The notes beneath the pieces are model-generated. The model saw nothing but the letters and a program-made list of their open reading frames with translations. It searched no databases and was not told the origin of the DNA. Shown here one piece after another: positions 19,934 to 29,266 of a stretch of 64,000 nt of DNA. The translations under genes were made by a program, and so were the position numbers. Source of the stretch: Chloroflexota bacterium (GTDB taxonomy: Bacteria > Chloroflexota > Limnocylindria > Limnocylindrales > CSP1-4); assembly GCA_003156975.1 (NCBI GenBank), contig PMIE01000043.1, forward strand, positions 26,618-90,617, in the 5' to 3' direction. Position 1 is the first letter of the stretch. Every line of letters begins with the position of its first letter.

Positions 19934-20998
19934 CTAGGAGGAGGCGACGAAGACCGGGACGTCGCCAATCATCAGGACCTTGTCCGGTCCCAGGTCCGCA
20001 TGGCTCCCGGCAACGACCAGCGACACGCTTACGCCGCCGGTCGCGTACACCATGGGCGTCCCGACACCGACCCTTCCATCGTGGTGAATGTCGCGGGCGA
20101 TCGGCGCTCCCTTCAGGCTCGCCGTCCCGTTGCCGTAGACGAGCAGCTCATTCATGGCGCGGTCGGGATCGATGGAGTCGGATGGCAGGCCGAGCCGAAC
20201 GGGATCGATCACCTGCCAGGTTGTGGGGCCCAACCCTTCGACGAGGATGTGGTAGCCGCCGTTGGCGGGGATCGCCTCGACGATCGGCAGCGAGCCCCCG
20301 AATCCGACATAGACGCGGGGTGAGCCGGTCCAGCCGGCCAGGCCAAACTGATCGAATGAGACCTGGACCATGGCGGCCGGCGAGGATCGAATGTCGATCG
20401 GCAGCGCCACGATCCAGCGGTCGCCGGGCGCCTTGATCGATGCCAGCTCGTCGGATATCAGCTTCGAGACAACGCGGCCCACCAGAACTACCCCGCCGGT
20501 CTCGGCGCTCGAGCCGTCGACCTGACCGGTGGCGACGAGCGGCATGAACTCCCCCGCGTATGCGCCCGTCGCAAGGCCATACGCGTTCGACGAGAGAGCG
20601 TAGTAGTTGGCCTTGCCGCCCTTGACCTCGATGCGCAGCCCGTTCATGGGCGGAACCGGAACAACGGAGCCGTCGGCGGCGGCGTAGATGAGTTCGGCGC
20701 CCCGCTGGACAAATCCGACTGGGTGCGCGGAAGGGCTGCTGACGACGGTCGGAGAGGCCGAGACAACGGGCGTGGGAGTGCCCGGCGTGCCGCCGCCCGA
20801 GGACACGGACGGAGAGGCGGTTTGACCCGCGCCTGTCCCAGGGGAGGTGGGCCGGGGCATCGACATTCCGGCTCTACCGGTCGCGGTCCGCGCGCCGCCC
20901 GCAAAGCCCGCGCCGAAGACCATAGCGGCAATTCCGACGCCCATGAGGACGAACGCCGCTCCGGTCAGACCTGCGACGACGCGCCGGGTGGGTTTCAT
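19934..20998 (-). CDS. hypothetical secreted/membrane-anchored protein with a Ser/Pro/Thr-rich linker
   Basis: The start is placed at MKPTRRVVAGLTGAAFVLMGVGIAAMVF (signal/anchor). A low-complexity S/P/T/G linker follows, then a ~250-aa beta-rich domain. Confidence 0.55.
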   Translation of the reverse strand: MKPTRRVVAGLTGAAFVLMGVGIAAMVFGAGFAGGARTATGRAGMSMPRPTSPGTGAGQTASPSVSSGGGTPGTPTPVVSASPTVVSSPSAHPVGFVQRGAELIYAAADGSVVPVPPMNGLRIEVKGGKANYYALSSNAYGLATGAYAGEFMPLVATGQVDGSSAETGGVVLVGRVVSKLISDELASIKAPGDRWIVALPIDIRSSPAAMVQVSFDQFGLAGWTGSPRVYVGFGGSLPIVEAIPANGGYHILVEGLGPTTWQVIDPVRLGLPSDSIDPDRAMNELLVYGNGTASLKGAPIARDIHHDGRVGVGTPMVYATGGVSVSLVVAGSHADLGPDKVLMIGDVPVFVASS

Positions 20999-21379
20999 CG
21001 ATGCGCAACCCCGCCTGCGGAGACTGCCTGCCAGTCTAGCGGCGCGGGCGCAGGTTACGTCGGTCGATGAGGCAACAGTGCAACGCCACGAGCGCGTTCG
21101 GCTGCGGTTGCCCGTGCGCAGGCGAGCGGCCAGCGATTTGGCGGCTCGTCCCATCCATTGATCGCACCTAGACGCTCACGTCCGAATTGCCTTTCAACGT
21201 GGCACCATTCGGGTGTGAGCAACCCCACCAATCCAGCCTTGCCGTCTGCGCCCGTGCCAGCCGCCTCCGATACCTCGCCCCAAGCCACCGCGCGAAGGGA
21301 GGCGACCCGCACCGCCCCCGCCAAGTCGGCCGCAGACCGCCCAACCGGCCATCGCGGCCGCCCCACCGGCGAACCGTCG

Positions 21380-22363
21380 ATGGCGGGCGAGGCCGACTAC
21401 CACACAGGCCGGCCGAACAAGGTCGCCGTCGTCGGCACGGGCATGGTCGGTTCGACCTTCGCCTACACATTGCTGCTGTCCGGCATCGCCTCGGAAATCG
21501 TCCTGATCGACGCGAATCGCGAGCGCGCCGAGGGCGAGGCGATGGATCTCAACCACGCCGTTCCATTTGCCCATCCGACGAAGATCTGCGCCGGCAACTA
21601 CTCCGACTGTCGAGGCGCCGCGGTCACAGTCATCTCCGCTGGCGTCGGACAGCGGCCGGGCGAATCGCGTCTCGATCTGGTCCGCCGCAATGCCGCCATC
21701 TTCGGTCAGATCGTCCCCAAAATCGCTGAGGCAAACCCTGAGGGAATCATCCTCGTCGCCACGAACCCTGTGGACATCCTGACCCATGTGACGCTCGATC
21801 TGGCCGAACTGCCCGCCAACCGCGTCTTCGGTTCGGGCACGATCCTGGACACGGCCCGCTTCCGCTACATGCTCAGCGAGCACCTGGGCGTCGACCCGCG
21901 CAGCGTCCATGCCTACATCATCGGTGAACACGGCGACAGTGAGGTCCCGGTCTGGTCGCTGGCCAACGTTGCCGGGATGCATCTGCCGGGCTTCTGCGCC
22001 GAGAACGGCATCCCGCTCGGCCCAGAGACGATGGACGAGATCTTCCGCCAGACGCGCGATGCGGCCTACGAGATCATCAGCCGCAAAGGCGCCACGTACT
22101 TCGCCGTGGCGGCCGGACTGATGCGGATCACCGAGGCCATTCTGCGCGACCAGAACACGGTTCTCTCCATCTCGAGCCTGGTTACGGACTACTACGGCAT
22201 CGACGATGTCTGCCTCAGCCTGCCCACCGTGATCAGCCGACGCGGCATCGAACGCGTGCTGCGCCTGGACCTGAGCCCGCAGGAGGCGCGCGGCGTCCGA
22301 AAGTCAGCCGAGGTCCTGCGCGCCACGATCAAGTCGCTGGCGGAGCCGACCAAGCCAGCCTGA
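21380..22363 (+). CDS. ldh: L-lactate dehydrogenase
   Basis: KVAVVGTGMVGSTFAY (NAD-binding region) and ILVATNPVD are present. The substrate loop GVGQRPGESRLDL and the catalytic His in IGEHGDS confirm the call. Confidence 0.85.
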   Translation: MAGEADYHTGRPNKVAVVGTGMVGSTFAYTLLLSGIASEIVLIDANRERAEGEAMDLNHAVPFAHPTKICAGNYSDCRGAAVTVISAGVGQRPGESRLDLVRRNAAIFGQIVPKIAEANPEGIILVATNPVDILTHVTLDLAELPANRVFGSGTILDTARFRYMLSEHLGVDPRSVHAYIIGEHGDSEVPVWSLANVAGMHLPGFCAENGIPLGPETMDEIFRQTRDAAYEIISRKGATYFAVAAGLMRITEAILRDQNTVLSISSLVTDYYGIDDVCLSLPTVISRRGIERVLRLDLSPQEARGVRKSAEVLRATIKSLAEPTKPA

Positions 22364-22365
22364 GC

Positions 22366-22749
22366 CTACCGCGGCAACGCGTGCTCCTCGAGCGGAGTGT
22401 CCCAATGCGCCTCGACGAGTTCGAAGCGATGCTGCTCCTCGCGGGCTAGCTTCTCGGCGTCGGGGTAGAGGCGGCGCTTGATGGCCGGGTCGGTGTGCTC
22501 CTCCATCGAGGCCCAGTCGCGGTAGGTAATCGTGACCTCGAAGGTCCAATCCTGGCGGCCGTCGCCGTGGAAACGAGGGGCGTAGGCCTTCACGTCGAGC
22601 AGACGGCCCGACTCAAGCTGGGCCTTCAACAGCGGCCAGTGGTTTCGCTCGAACAGCGCCACGAACTCGTCCTGGAAGCCCCAGCGGATCTTGTAGAAAT
22701 ACTGGACGGTCACGGGCTTGCCGGCGTCGGCCATCTCTGGCTCCTCCAT
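22366..22749 (-). CDS. hypothetical protein (NIPSNAP/dimeric alpha-beta barrel-like)
   Basis: A 127-aa protein reading VTVQYFYKIRWGFQDEFVALFERNHWPLL...WTFEVTITYRDWASMEEH. It is convergent with ldh. Confidence 0.5.
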   Translation of the reverse strand: MEEPEMADAGKPVTVQYFYKIRWGFQDEFVALFERNHWPLLKAQLESGRLLDVKAYAPRFHGDGRQDWTFEVTITYRDWASMEEHTDPAIKRRLYPDAEKLAREEQHRFELVEAHWDTPLEEHALPR

Positions 22750-22800
22750 TCGATCCGCCGGACCCCGCCGGCGGCCACTCGTGCCAGCCTACATCAATAG

Positions 22801-23664
22801 CTAGAGCACGCCGCCGAGCGACAGCAGCCATCTCGCGGGCAGCGCGGTCGCGAACGCGATGAGGACACTCGCCAGCGTACCGATGACCGCGGCCTCAGAA
22901 GGCACCCGTCCCTTGCCGTATCGGCCGCTTCCAAACGCCTTGATCGCGGCTATGAACCCGGCGGCGGTGAAGTCGCCAATGACCGCGAGCAGGGTGATTA
23001 CGGTGCGCTCCAACATGCCGATCAGCGCGGGCACGCTTGAGTGCGCCGGTTCTTTGGTCTTCGGGTCGAGGATGTTGAGGAGCCTCTCGAGCACCGCCGA
23101 GGCGAGGAACAGGTTGACGGCCGTCAGCGCGACGGTGACGCCAACCACGAGTCCGGCGCGAAGAACGTGGTCTGCCGAGGCATCGATACCCCAGAACGAC
23201 TTGACCAACCACGACACCGGATCCAGTAACGCCCAGGAGCGAATAGCCCAGGACGGCGAGACGGCAACCAGCGCGACAACGCCGGCAACTGAAAACATCC
23301 CGACACGCGACATGCCGAAAACGACACCGGCCAACGGGGACCACTTCTCGGAGCCTATCGGGCGAGGCGCCGGGTCGACTCGGCGGATCACCAGGTCGGC
23401 GCCGTTGGCCACCGCAAGGTAGACAACCCAGAACCCGACCACGCACGCGATGGACATCGCGAGCTGAGTGAAGAGCAGCGGGCACAGGCCGATCAGAAAG
23501 GCGAGCAGCAGGCGCGCCACGAGCCTGGCGCCCTTCCGGCCCCTGAACTCCCTCCACCGATCGGGCGGCTGATACGGCCACCCAACCCGAAGTACCACGT
23601 CGACGCATGCCGCGGCGGCGATGAACCAGGAGATGGCCAGGACCTGCAAGAGGTGAGAAGTCAT
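22801..23664 (-). CDS. polytopic membrane protein (SatE/DUF3307-like partner of SatD)
   Basis: The ATG at 23664 overlaps the SatD stop as ATGA. Six to eight TM helices are predicted. The 5' extension of ORF 22801..24120 is rejected. Confidence 0.55.
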   Translation of the reverse strand: MTSHLLQVLAISWFIAAAACVDVVLRVGWPYQPPDRWREFRGRKGARLVARLLLAFLIGLCPLLFTQLAMSIACVVGFWVVYLAVANGADLVIRRVDPAPRPIGSEKWSPLAGVVFGMSRVGMFSVAGVVALVAVSPSWAIRSWALLDPVSWLVKSFWGIDASADHVLRAGLVVGVTVALTAVNLFLASAVLERLLNILDPKTKEPAHSSVPALIGMLERTVITLLAVIGDFTAAGFIAAIKAFGSGRYGKGRVPSEAAVIGTLASVLIAFATALPARWLLSLGGVL

Positions 23665-24365
23665 TTTGTCCCCCGTGATCCTTGGGTTGATGCGCCGGCA
23701 GGCGGCTCCGGACCCAGAAGAGGTGCCGGGCCATCGCCGGCAAACGCCGAAACGTAAACCTTCCGAATGCCATCGACGAGATGCTGGATCGAGCGTGCTC
23801 GCGCCCGGCTGAACGCCACAGAGATCGTGGCCCGGCGCACGCCCAGGCGTTCGGCGACTTCCGACTGGCGGAGGCCCTCGATGAGAGCCAGCTGCGCGAC
23901 CACGCGCTGTCTCACGGTGAGCGAGTCGAGCAGGTCGGCCAGTGCGGGCGTCAGGTCGGCGAGCAGGTCGTCGGCGTATCCGTCGCCGGTGACGATGACT
24001 ATCCGGTCGTGGGAAGTGCGAGCGGCGTTGATCTCCTCTCGGGCCTTCAGGAAGGCGTCGCCGGTCCGTTCCGTCGCTGGCCCCTTTCCCGCATGCACGC
24101 TGCCGTGAACGATCGCCCACCGCAGCGAACGCGCATCGGGCGCCAGCGCGGCCATCAACACCGCGGTCAGCGGGTCGGCCTCGACACGCAGGAGGCCCTG
24201 GAGTTCATCTCCCTGCGTGAACCCGAACGGCGCGATGCGTTGGTCGCCGTATTTCCCGTCAAGCTCGCCGACGAGCCAGCGCAGCCAATCCGCCGCCCCG
24301 GCCGCGTCCTTTCGCGACGCGACGACGTCCGCGAACAGAACGATCCCGGTAGGCCCTCTCTTCAT
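23661..24365 (-). CDS. SatD family protein (nucleotidyl-cyclase-like N-domain plus sigma-70 region-4-like HTH)
   Basis: VLFADVVASRKDA...FGFTQGDELQGLL is the SatD GDEFQGL-type motif. The C-terminal LTVRQRVVAQLALIEGLRQSEVAERLGVRRATISVAFSRAR is an HTH. Confidence 0.65.
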   Translation of the reverse strand: MKRGPTGIVLFADVVASRKDAAGAADWLRWLVGELDGKYGDQRIAPFGFTQGDELQGLLRVEADPLTAVLMAALAPDARSLRWAIVHGSVHAGKGPATERTGDAFLKAREEINAARTSHDRIVIVTGDGYADDLLADLTPALADLLDSLTVRQRVVAQLALIEGLRQSEVAERLGVRRATISVAFSRARARSIQHLVDGIRKVYVSAFAGDGPAPLLGPEPPAGASTQGSRGTK

Positions 24366-24685
24366 GGCGCCAGGCTACCGGAATAGCCTGTTAGCCGTCA
24401 ACGGCTATCGCCTTGCCGTCCGCGCCGTCAGGAACGCCCAGCCGGTTCGCTCGGTTGCCGGAGCGTCGTCGCCGATCGGATCTAGGTCATCGGCTATCGG
24501 CGGCCGAGTCACGGACTCAGGCCGGGCGCCGTGGAGTCGCGGCCTGCGAGCGATCCAACGCGCGGCGATCGGGGGCGAACCGGACTCGCTATCCTGAGGC
24601 GGTGACGGCCGATACCAACTCCCCAGCCCAGCCGAGCGCCTCCACTTCCTCCATCCCGCTCAACCCGGGACGGCGAGATCTGGGG

Positions 24686-25462
24686 ATGCGGGCCACGATG
24701 ATCTTCCCCAACCGAGAGATCGTGGAGCGCTACTACGTCCCGCTCATCTATACCGCCTGCCGGACGTGCTATTCGGAGCTGGCGCCGGACGACATCTTCG
24801 AGCGGGCCGTCGATGGTCGAATCACACCGGAGAAGCAGCGTGAGCTGATCGGCCGCGTGATCGAATCCGGTCACGGCAGCACCATCGAGCATGTCGTCTT
24901 CACCTTCGCAATAACCGGCGTCAGTCGGACGCTGAGCCACCAGCTTGTCCGCCACAGGGCAGGAGTGGCCTTCGACCAGCAGAGTCAGCGCTACGTTACG
25001 TACAAGAAAGGCGCCTCGACGATGCTGCCCGGCACGATCGCCGAGGCCGACCCCGCGCTCCTGGAGCGGTATGAGGACCAGGTCGAAGGGGCGCTGGAGC
25101 TCTACACCGAGATGGTCGAGGCCGGCATCCCAGGCGAAGATGCGCGCTTCGTCTTTCCCAACGCCACACGCACGAACCTGGTAATGACCGCCAACCTGAG
25201 AGCTCTGATCCACATGTCCGGGCTGCGGCTCTGCACCATGGCCCAGTGGGAGATCCGGCGCCTCTTCCAGCTCGTGCGGCACGAGGTCTTTGCTACGAGC
25301 CCGTTCCTGGGCAGCTTCCTGGCTCCCAAGTGCGTGGCCCTGGGCTACTGCGACGAGTCCGGTAACCGCGACGAGCACTGCCCGATCCGTCCACACAAGG
25401 ACAACGTTCTGGGTGCCTGGGCCGACAAGGCCGCGAGAACGCGAGCGGGCGGTCAGAAGTAG
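24686..25462 (+). CDS. thyX: FAD-dependent thymidylate synthase ThyX
   Basis: The ThyX signature RHR-x7-S-x-RY appears in LSHQLVRHRAGVAFDQQSQRYV. The N-terminal segment is TACRTCYSE. The ATG is at 24686. Confidence 0.85.
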   Translation: MRATMIFPNREIVERYYVPLIYTACRTCYSELAPDDIFERAVDGRITPEKQRELIGRVIESGHGSTIEHVVFTFAITGVSRTLSHQLVRHRAGVAFDQQSQRYVTYKKGASTMLPGTIAEADPALLERYEDQVEGALELYTEMVEAGIPGEDARFVFPNATRTNLVMTANLRALIHMSGLRLCTMAQWEIRRLFQLVRHEVFATSPFLGSFLAPKCVALGYCDESGNRDEHCPIRPHKDNVLGAWADKAARTRAGGQK

Positions 25463-25739
25463 TCAGCGACATGACATCCATGGCAGTCGCGGGCAATTAG
25501 TCCTCATCCACGCCTCGAAGTCGGAGCGGTACGAAGGGGTACCGTGCTAGTACCTCCAGCGGGGTGCGTGCAGGCAACGACCACCTCATGATTCCGAGAG
25601 TCCCTTCATGTACCGTTTGGGACACTCGATACTGAGCTGATGTCTTGAACGGCCCAGCGCGTCGCCGGCCCGGGCGGGCGCAGGGCAGCTATCGCGGACT
25701 GATCGTCGGCGTCCTCTATTGGGACGTGGGACTGAGCCC

Positions 25740-26411
25740 ATGGAGATCAGCGTGAACGACTCGGCAGGGAATCACCCGACCCGTTTCCTTGCGGACCTGA
25801 CGCAGGCGATGCGTTCGACCGCTGAGGCGGCTCGTCTCTCGACAATCGAACAGTGCCGTCTCGACGCGCAGGCGTATGCCGAGCAGGTCAACGCTCGAAC
25901 CAAAGAGGAGTCCGAGCAATTCCGCAAGTCGGCCGATGCTGATGTCGCGACGATCCGCGAGCAGTCGAAAGCACGAATGGAGTTGATCCGGCAGGAAACC
26001 GAACGCCGTATCTCGCGCCGCCGCGAGCTCCTCGATCGCGATCTGGAGGAGTTCAACGCAGCCATAGGGGTCGAAGTCGAGAGCGTCCAGCATCGCGTCG
26101 AGGCATTCCAGAGCGAGGTTGCCGAGTTCTTCGAGCGGCTCCTTCAGGGCGGCGCGGATCCGACCGTCTTCGCGACTATGGCGTCTCAGATACCAGATCC
26201 GCCTTCCTTCGACGAACTCGACCCGAATACGCTGGCGAGCGATCTGCGGGCCCGGCGGCAGCAGGCCGAGCAGGAAGCCAGGGCTACTGCCTCGGGGACC
26301 TCACCGGCTGCGGCCTCGACAGGCGAAACGAAGGAGGCTCTCCCGGACCATTGGTGGCTGGATTCGCCAGCCAAGCTGGCGACAAGAGCCCACTCTGAAG
26401 GGCCTCAGTAA
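25740..26411 (+). CDS. coiled-coil protein, paralog A of a tandem pair
   Basis: MEISVNDSAGNHPTRFLADLTQAMRSTAEAARL... has heptad-rich charged helices through ~residue 130, then an acidic/Pro tail. It shares the N-terminal ~150 aa with paralog B. Confidence 0.65.
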   Translation: MEISVNDSAGNHPTRFLADLTQAMRSTAEAARLSTIEQCRLDAQAYAEQVNARTKEESEQFRKSADADVATIREQSKARMELIRQETERRISRRRELLDRDLEEFNAAIGVEVESVQHRVEAFQSEVAEFFERLLQGGADPTVFATMASQIPDPPSFDELDPNTLASDLRARRQQAEQEARATASGTSPAAASTGETKEALPDHWWLDSPAKLATRAHSEGPQ

Positions 26412-26754
26412 TCGGCTCTGAGCCGCACGCCGGCAAGTGATCCGGTCGCACTCCAGAATCTCAGTGCGCCGGCCGCGAGGGACTGCGGCGCAGTTCCCGA
26501 GCGATTTCGTTTGCATAAGCAGGGTCTGTTAGGCGGTACGTAAGGGCGGGTAGTCCTGGTACCTCCAGCGGGGTGCCTGGCGGCAACACCCGGCCCATCA
26601 TTCCAGCACGAAAAGCCCTCGTTGCTGGCCTTTGGACACGCGATAATGGTGCGTGGCCACGAGATCCAGCTCCGAGGGGCCCAAAAGTCGTGGTTGCGTA
26701 GTAACCTGAACGGAAGACTCCGGCGCTCGGCCGGAGCCCTGAGTCGTAGTCAAC

Positions 26755-27648
26755 GTGGAGATGAGCGTGAACGAGACGGCCGCGCGTCATCCGAACCGGT
26801 TCCTGGCGGACCTCACGCAGGCCATGCGTTCGACCGCCGAGACGGCGCGGCAAGCGACGATCGATCAGTGCCAGGCGGATGCCAAGGCATATACCGAGAA
26901 GCTGCACGCGCGGACTGACGACGAAGCAGCCTCCCTCCGCAAAGCCGCCGAAGCCGATGTCAGCGCAATTCGCGACTGGTCCAAGGCCGAGATGGAGCGC
27001 ATCCGCGTCGAGACCGAACAGCGAATCTCGCGTCGCCGCGAGCTTCTGGAGCAGGAGCTGCAGGAGTACAACTCTGCCATCGAACTCGAGATCGAGCGCG
27101 TCCAGAGCCGCGTCTCGGCCTTCGAAGGAGAAGTCGCCAACTTCTTCGAGCAGCTCAGCCAGGAGGCCGACCCCACGGTCTTCGCCAGCATGGCCGCTCA
27201 GATGCCCGACTCTCCATCCTTCGAAGAAGCGGAGCGCGGAAGCCTCGCACCGGACCTGCGCGCCCGCCGCGAACAGATCATGCGGGCAAGCCCAGAGGCG
27301 AGTGCCAGCCCGCAGACGGGCCCCGGAGCGGAGGACGCCGCCCCGGCGTCAAGCCAAGCCGCAGTCGCCAAGGCGGCCGCAGTCGAGTCCACTCAGGTAG
27401 TGGTCGTCGGACTCGTAAGCGTCGCCAGCATTGCCACCTTCAAGCGCCAGCTCGGCCGTCTGCCCGGCGTGAAGAACGTCGGCGTATCGTCCGGACCAGA
27501 CGGCGAGTTCATCTTCACCGTCGGACACGGCTCGGATACTTCGCTGAGCCAGATCATCCCAACTCTGCCTGCGTTCCAAGCCCGCGTCGTGAGCGAGCGA
27601 GATGGCGTCCTCAACGTCTCCGCACACGATCCGGAGGCGGAAGGCTAG
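26755..27648 (+). CDS. coiled-coil protein, paralog B, with an extra C-terminal alpha/beta domain
   Basis: A GTG at 26755 (or the ATG at 26761) gives (M)EMSVNETAARHPNRFLADLTQAMRSTAETARQ... The C-terminal VVVVGLVSVASIATFKRQLGRLPGVKNVGVSSGPDGEFIFTVGHGSD is a compact domain absent from paralog A. Confidence 0.65.
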   Translation: MEMSVNETAARHPNRFLADLTQAMRSTAETARQATIDQCQADAKAYTEKLHARTDDEAASLRKAAEADVSAIRDWSKAEMERIRVETEQRISRRRELLEQELQEYNSAIELEIERVQSRVSAFEGEVANFFEQLSQEADPTVFASMAAQMPDSPSFEEAERGSLAPDLRARREQIMRASPEASASPQTGPGAEDAAPASSQAAVAKAAAVESTQVVVVGLVSVASIATFKRQLGRLPGVKNVGVSSGPDGEFIFTVGHGSDTSLSQIIPTLPAFQARVVSERDGVLNVSAHDPEAEG

Positions 27649-27690
27649 ACTTCGCATCAGGCTCTCGCCTCTTCAGGGAGACTCCGTCAC

Positions 27691-28977
27691 GTGGCTCGGT
27701 CAGCTGTAGCAATCGCTCTTCCGCCAGCCGAGTTCGGCGCGGTCAGCGCACAGCTTCTTGAGGCTGGCTACGAGCCGATCGAAGTCAAGACGGCCGATGA
27801 CCTGGAGGCGCTGCTCAACAGGCGCCGAGATATCGGCGTGGCAATTCTCGACGGCGAGAACGACTTCGACCGGACCCTCGAGATGTACGCGTTGCTTCAC
27901 GACGAGGATCGCAACATTCCGGCCCTGATGGTGGTCGCGGCCCGCGCCCTTGATCGTATGAGCCTCGCCGGGAGAGCCCGCGTCAACGACGAGTATTTCA
28001 CCCGGCCCTACTCCGCCGAGTCGCTGCGATGGCGGGTTGAGGCGATGCTCATACGGGCCGAGATTCCCGTTGAGGACATGAGCAGCGGGATCATCGAAAG
28101 CTCGGCAGAGGCCTCCGCGTCGGCGGCCTCGTCGGCAGCCGCGTCGGTCGCGTCCGGCGAAAGCCCCCGTGGCCAGATCGTCATCGTCTTCAATCCCAAG
28201 GGCGGCGTCGGCAAGACGACGATCGCCGTCAACGTGGCCGCTCTCCTGCAGGTCCGAAAGAACCAGCAGGTGCTACTCGTTGACTGCGACACGGTCACCG
28301 GCCACGTTGCCTCATCGCTCGGCATGGAGAACATTCGTACCGTCGCCGACGCCTGGACGGAAGACCTCAACACGGGCGTCGCCGAGTCCTTTGCCGAGAT
28401 CGCGACGCAGCACCAGAACGGTGTCTCCGTGCTGGTCATGGCCGAATCGCCGCTCCACACTGAGATCCTCGAGCCCAAGCGCGTCGCAGAAGCGATCACG
28501 ACTGCCTGCCACGTGTACGACTGGGTGATCGTAGACATGCACCCGGACTACGGGCCGCTCAATCAGGTCATTTTCGAGCGAGCCGACAAGATCATCGTCC
28601 CGGTCACGCCCGACGTGCCCGCCATTCGGGCCGCAGTCCAGCTGCGCGAGGTTGCCGTTGAGCTGGACATTCGCGAGCGCCTGGCCATGGTCGTCAACCG
28701 CGCCAACAGCGGCGTCTCGGTCGCCGATATGGAACGAACGGTTGGAATGCCGGCCCTGGCCGAGGTTCGCTCTGCGGGAATGCTGTTCGTTCGGGCCGCA
28801 AACGAAGGCCGCTCGGCGGTGGAGCGGTTCCCCAAGGAGAAGGTCATCGACGACATCGAGCTGCTGTGCACTCGGATGATGGCGACCCGCGACTCGGGCG
28901 AGGCCAAGTCCGGCCAGGGCTTCATGGGCATCTTCTCCGGGGGTCGGAACACGAACCCCTCGATGCGCGCCTCTTAG
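27691..28977 (+). CDS. pseudo-receiver plus ParA/MinD-family P-loop ATPase (TadZ/CpaE/Ssd-like orphan)
   Basis: The GTG at 27691 has AGGGAG 10 nt upstream. The N-terminal CheY-like fold lacks the acidic pocket. A deviant Walker A (VFNPKGGVGKTTIAVN) is present. The ATPase domain has MinD/ParA features (LLVDCD, DWVIVDMHPD). Confidence 0.8.
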   Translation: MARSAVAIALPPAEFGAVSAQLLEAGYEPIEVKTADDLEALLNRRRDIGVAILDGENDFDRTLEMYALLHDEDRNIPALMVVAARALDRMSLAGRARVNDEYFTRPYSAESLRWRVEAMLIRAEIPVEDMSSGIIESSAEASASAASSAAASVASGESPRGQIVIVFNPKGGVGKTTIAVNVAALLQVRKNQQVLLVDCDTVTGHVASSLGMENIRTVADAWTEDLNTGVAESFAEIATQHQNGVSVLVMAESPLHTEILEPKRVAEAITTACHVYDWVIVDMHPDYGPLNQVIFERADKIIVPVTPDVPAIRAAVQLREVAVELDIRERLAMVVNRANSGVSVADMERTVGMPALAEVRSAGMLFVRAANEGRSAVERFPKEKVIDDIELLCTRMMATRDSGEAKSGQGFMGIFSGGRNTNPSMRAS

Positions 28978-29042
28978 CCGATCGCGTCAGCCGGCCGATC
29001 CCTTCGTTGTCGCCTGCGCGCCTTGCTCGCGGACGTTGAAGT

Positions 29043-29198
29043 CCGCTCGCTGCGGGTGCTCGGCTCCGCCTCGGTCTCGACCGTCGGACGCGCTCGGCGG
29101 CTGAGCGACGGCTCGCTGCGGGTGCTCGTCGGCGCCTTGGTCTCAAAGCCAGGCTTGCCTGGCTCACCGTCGGACGCGATCGGCGGCCGAGTGACGAC
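29043..29198. repeat. imperfect tandem direct repeat (~70-bp unit x2; second copy carries a 20-nt hairpin insertion) flanked by 16-bp outer direct repeats
   Basis: Unit 1 spans 29043-29111 and unit 2 spans 29112-29198, sharing gctcgctgcgggtgctcg...ggtctc...accgtcggacgcg.tcggcgg. The outer repeats cagccggccgatccct lie at 28988 and 29239. The region is a convergent 3' intergenic spacer. Confidence 0.5.
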
Positions 29199-29266
29199 TT
29201 GCGCCGTCGGGACGGCGCCTGGGACTACGATTCGGCTCCAGCCGGCCGATCCCTCTTGTTTGCCGA

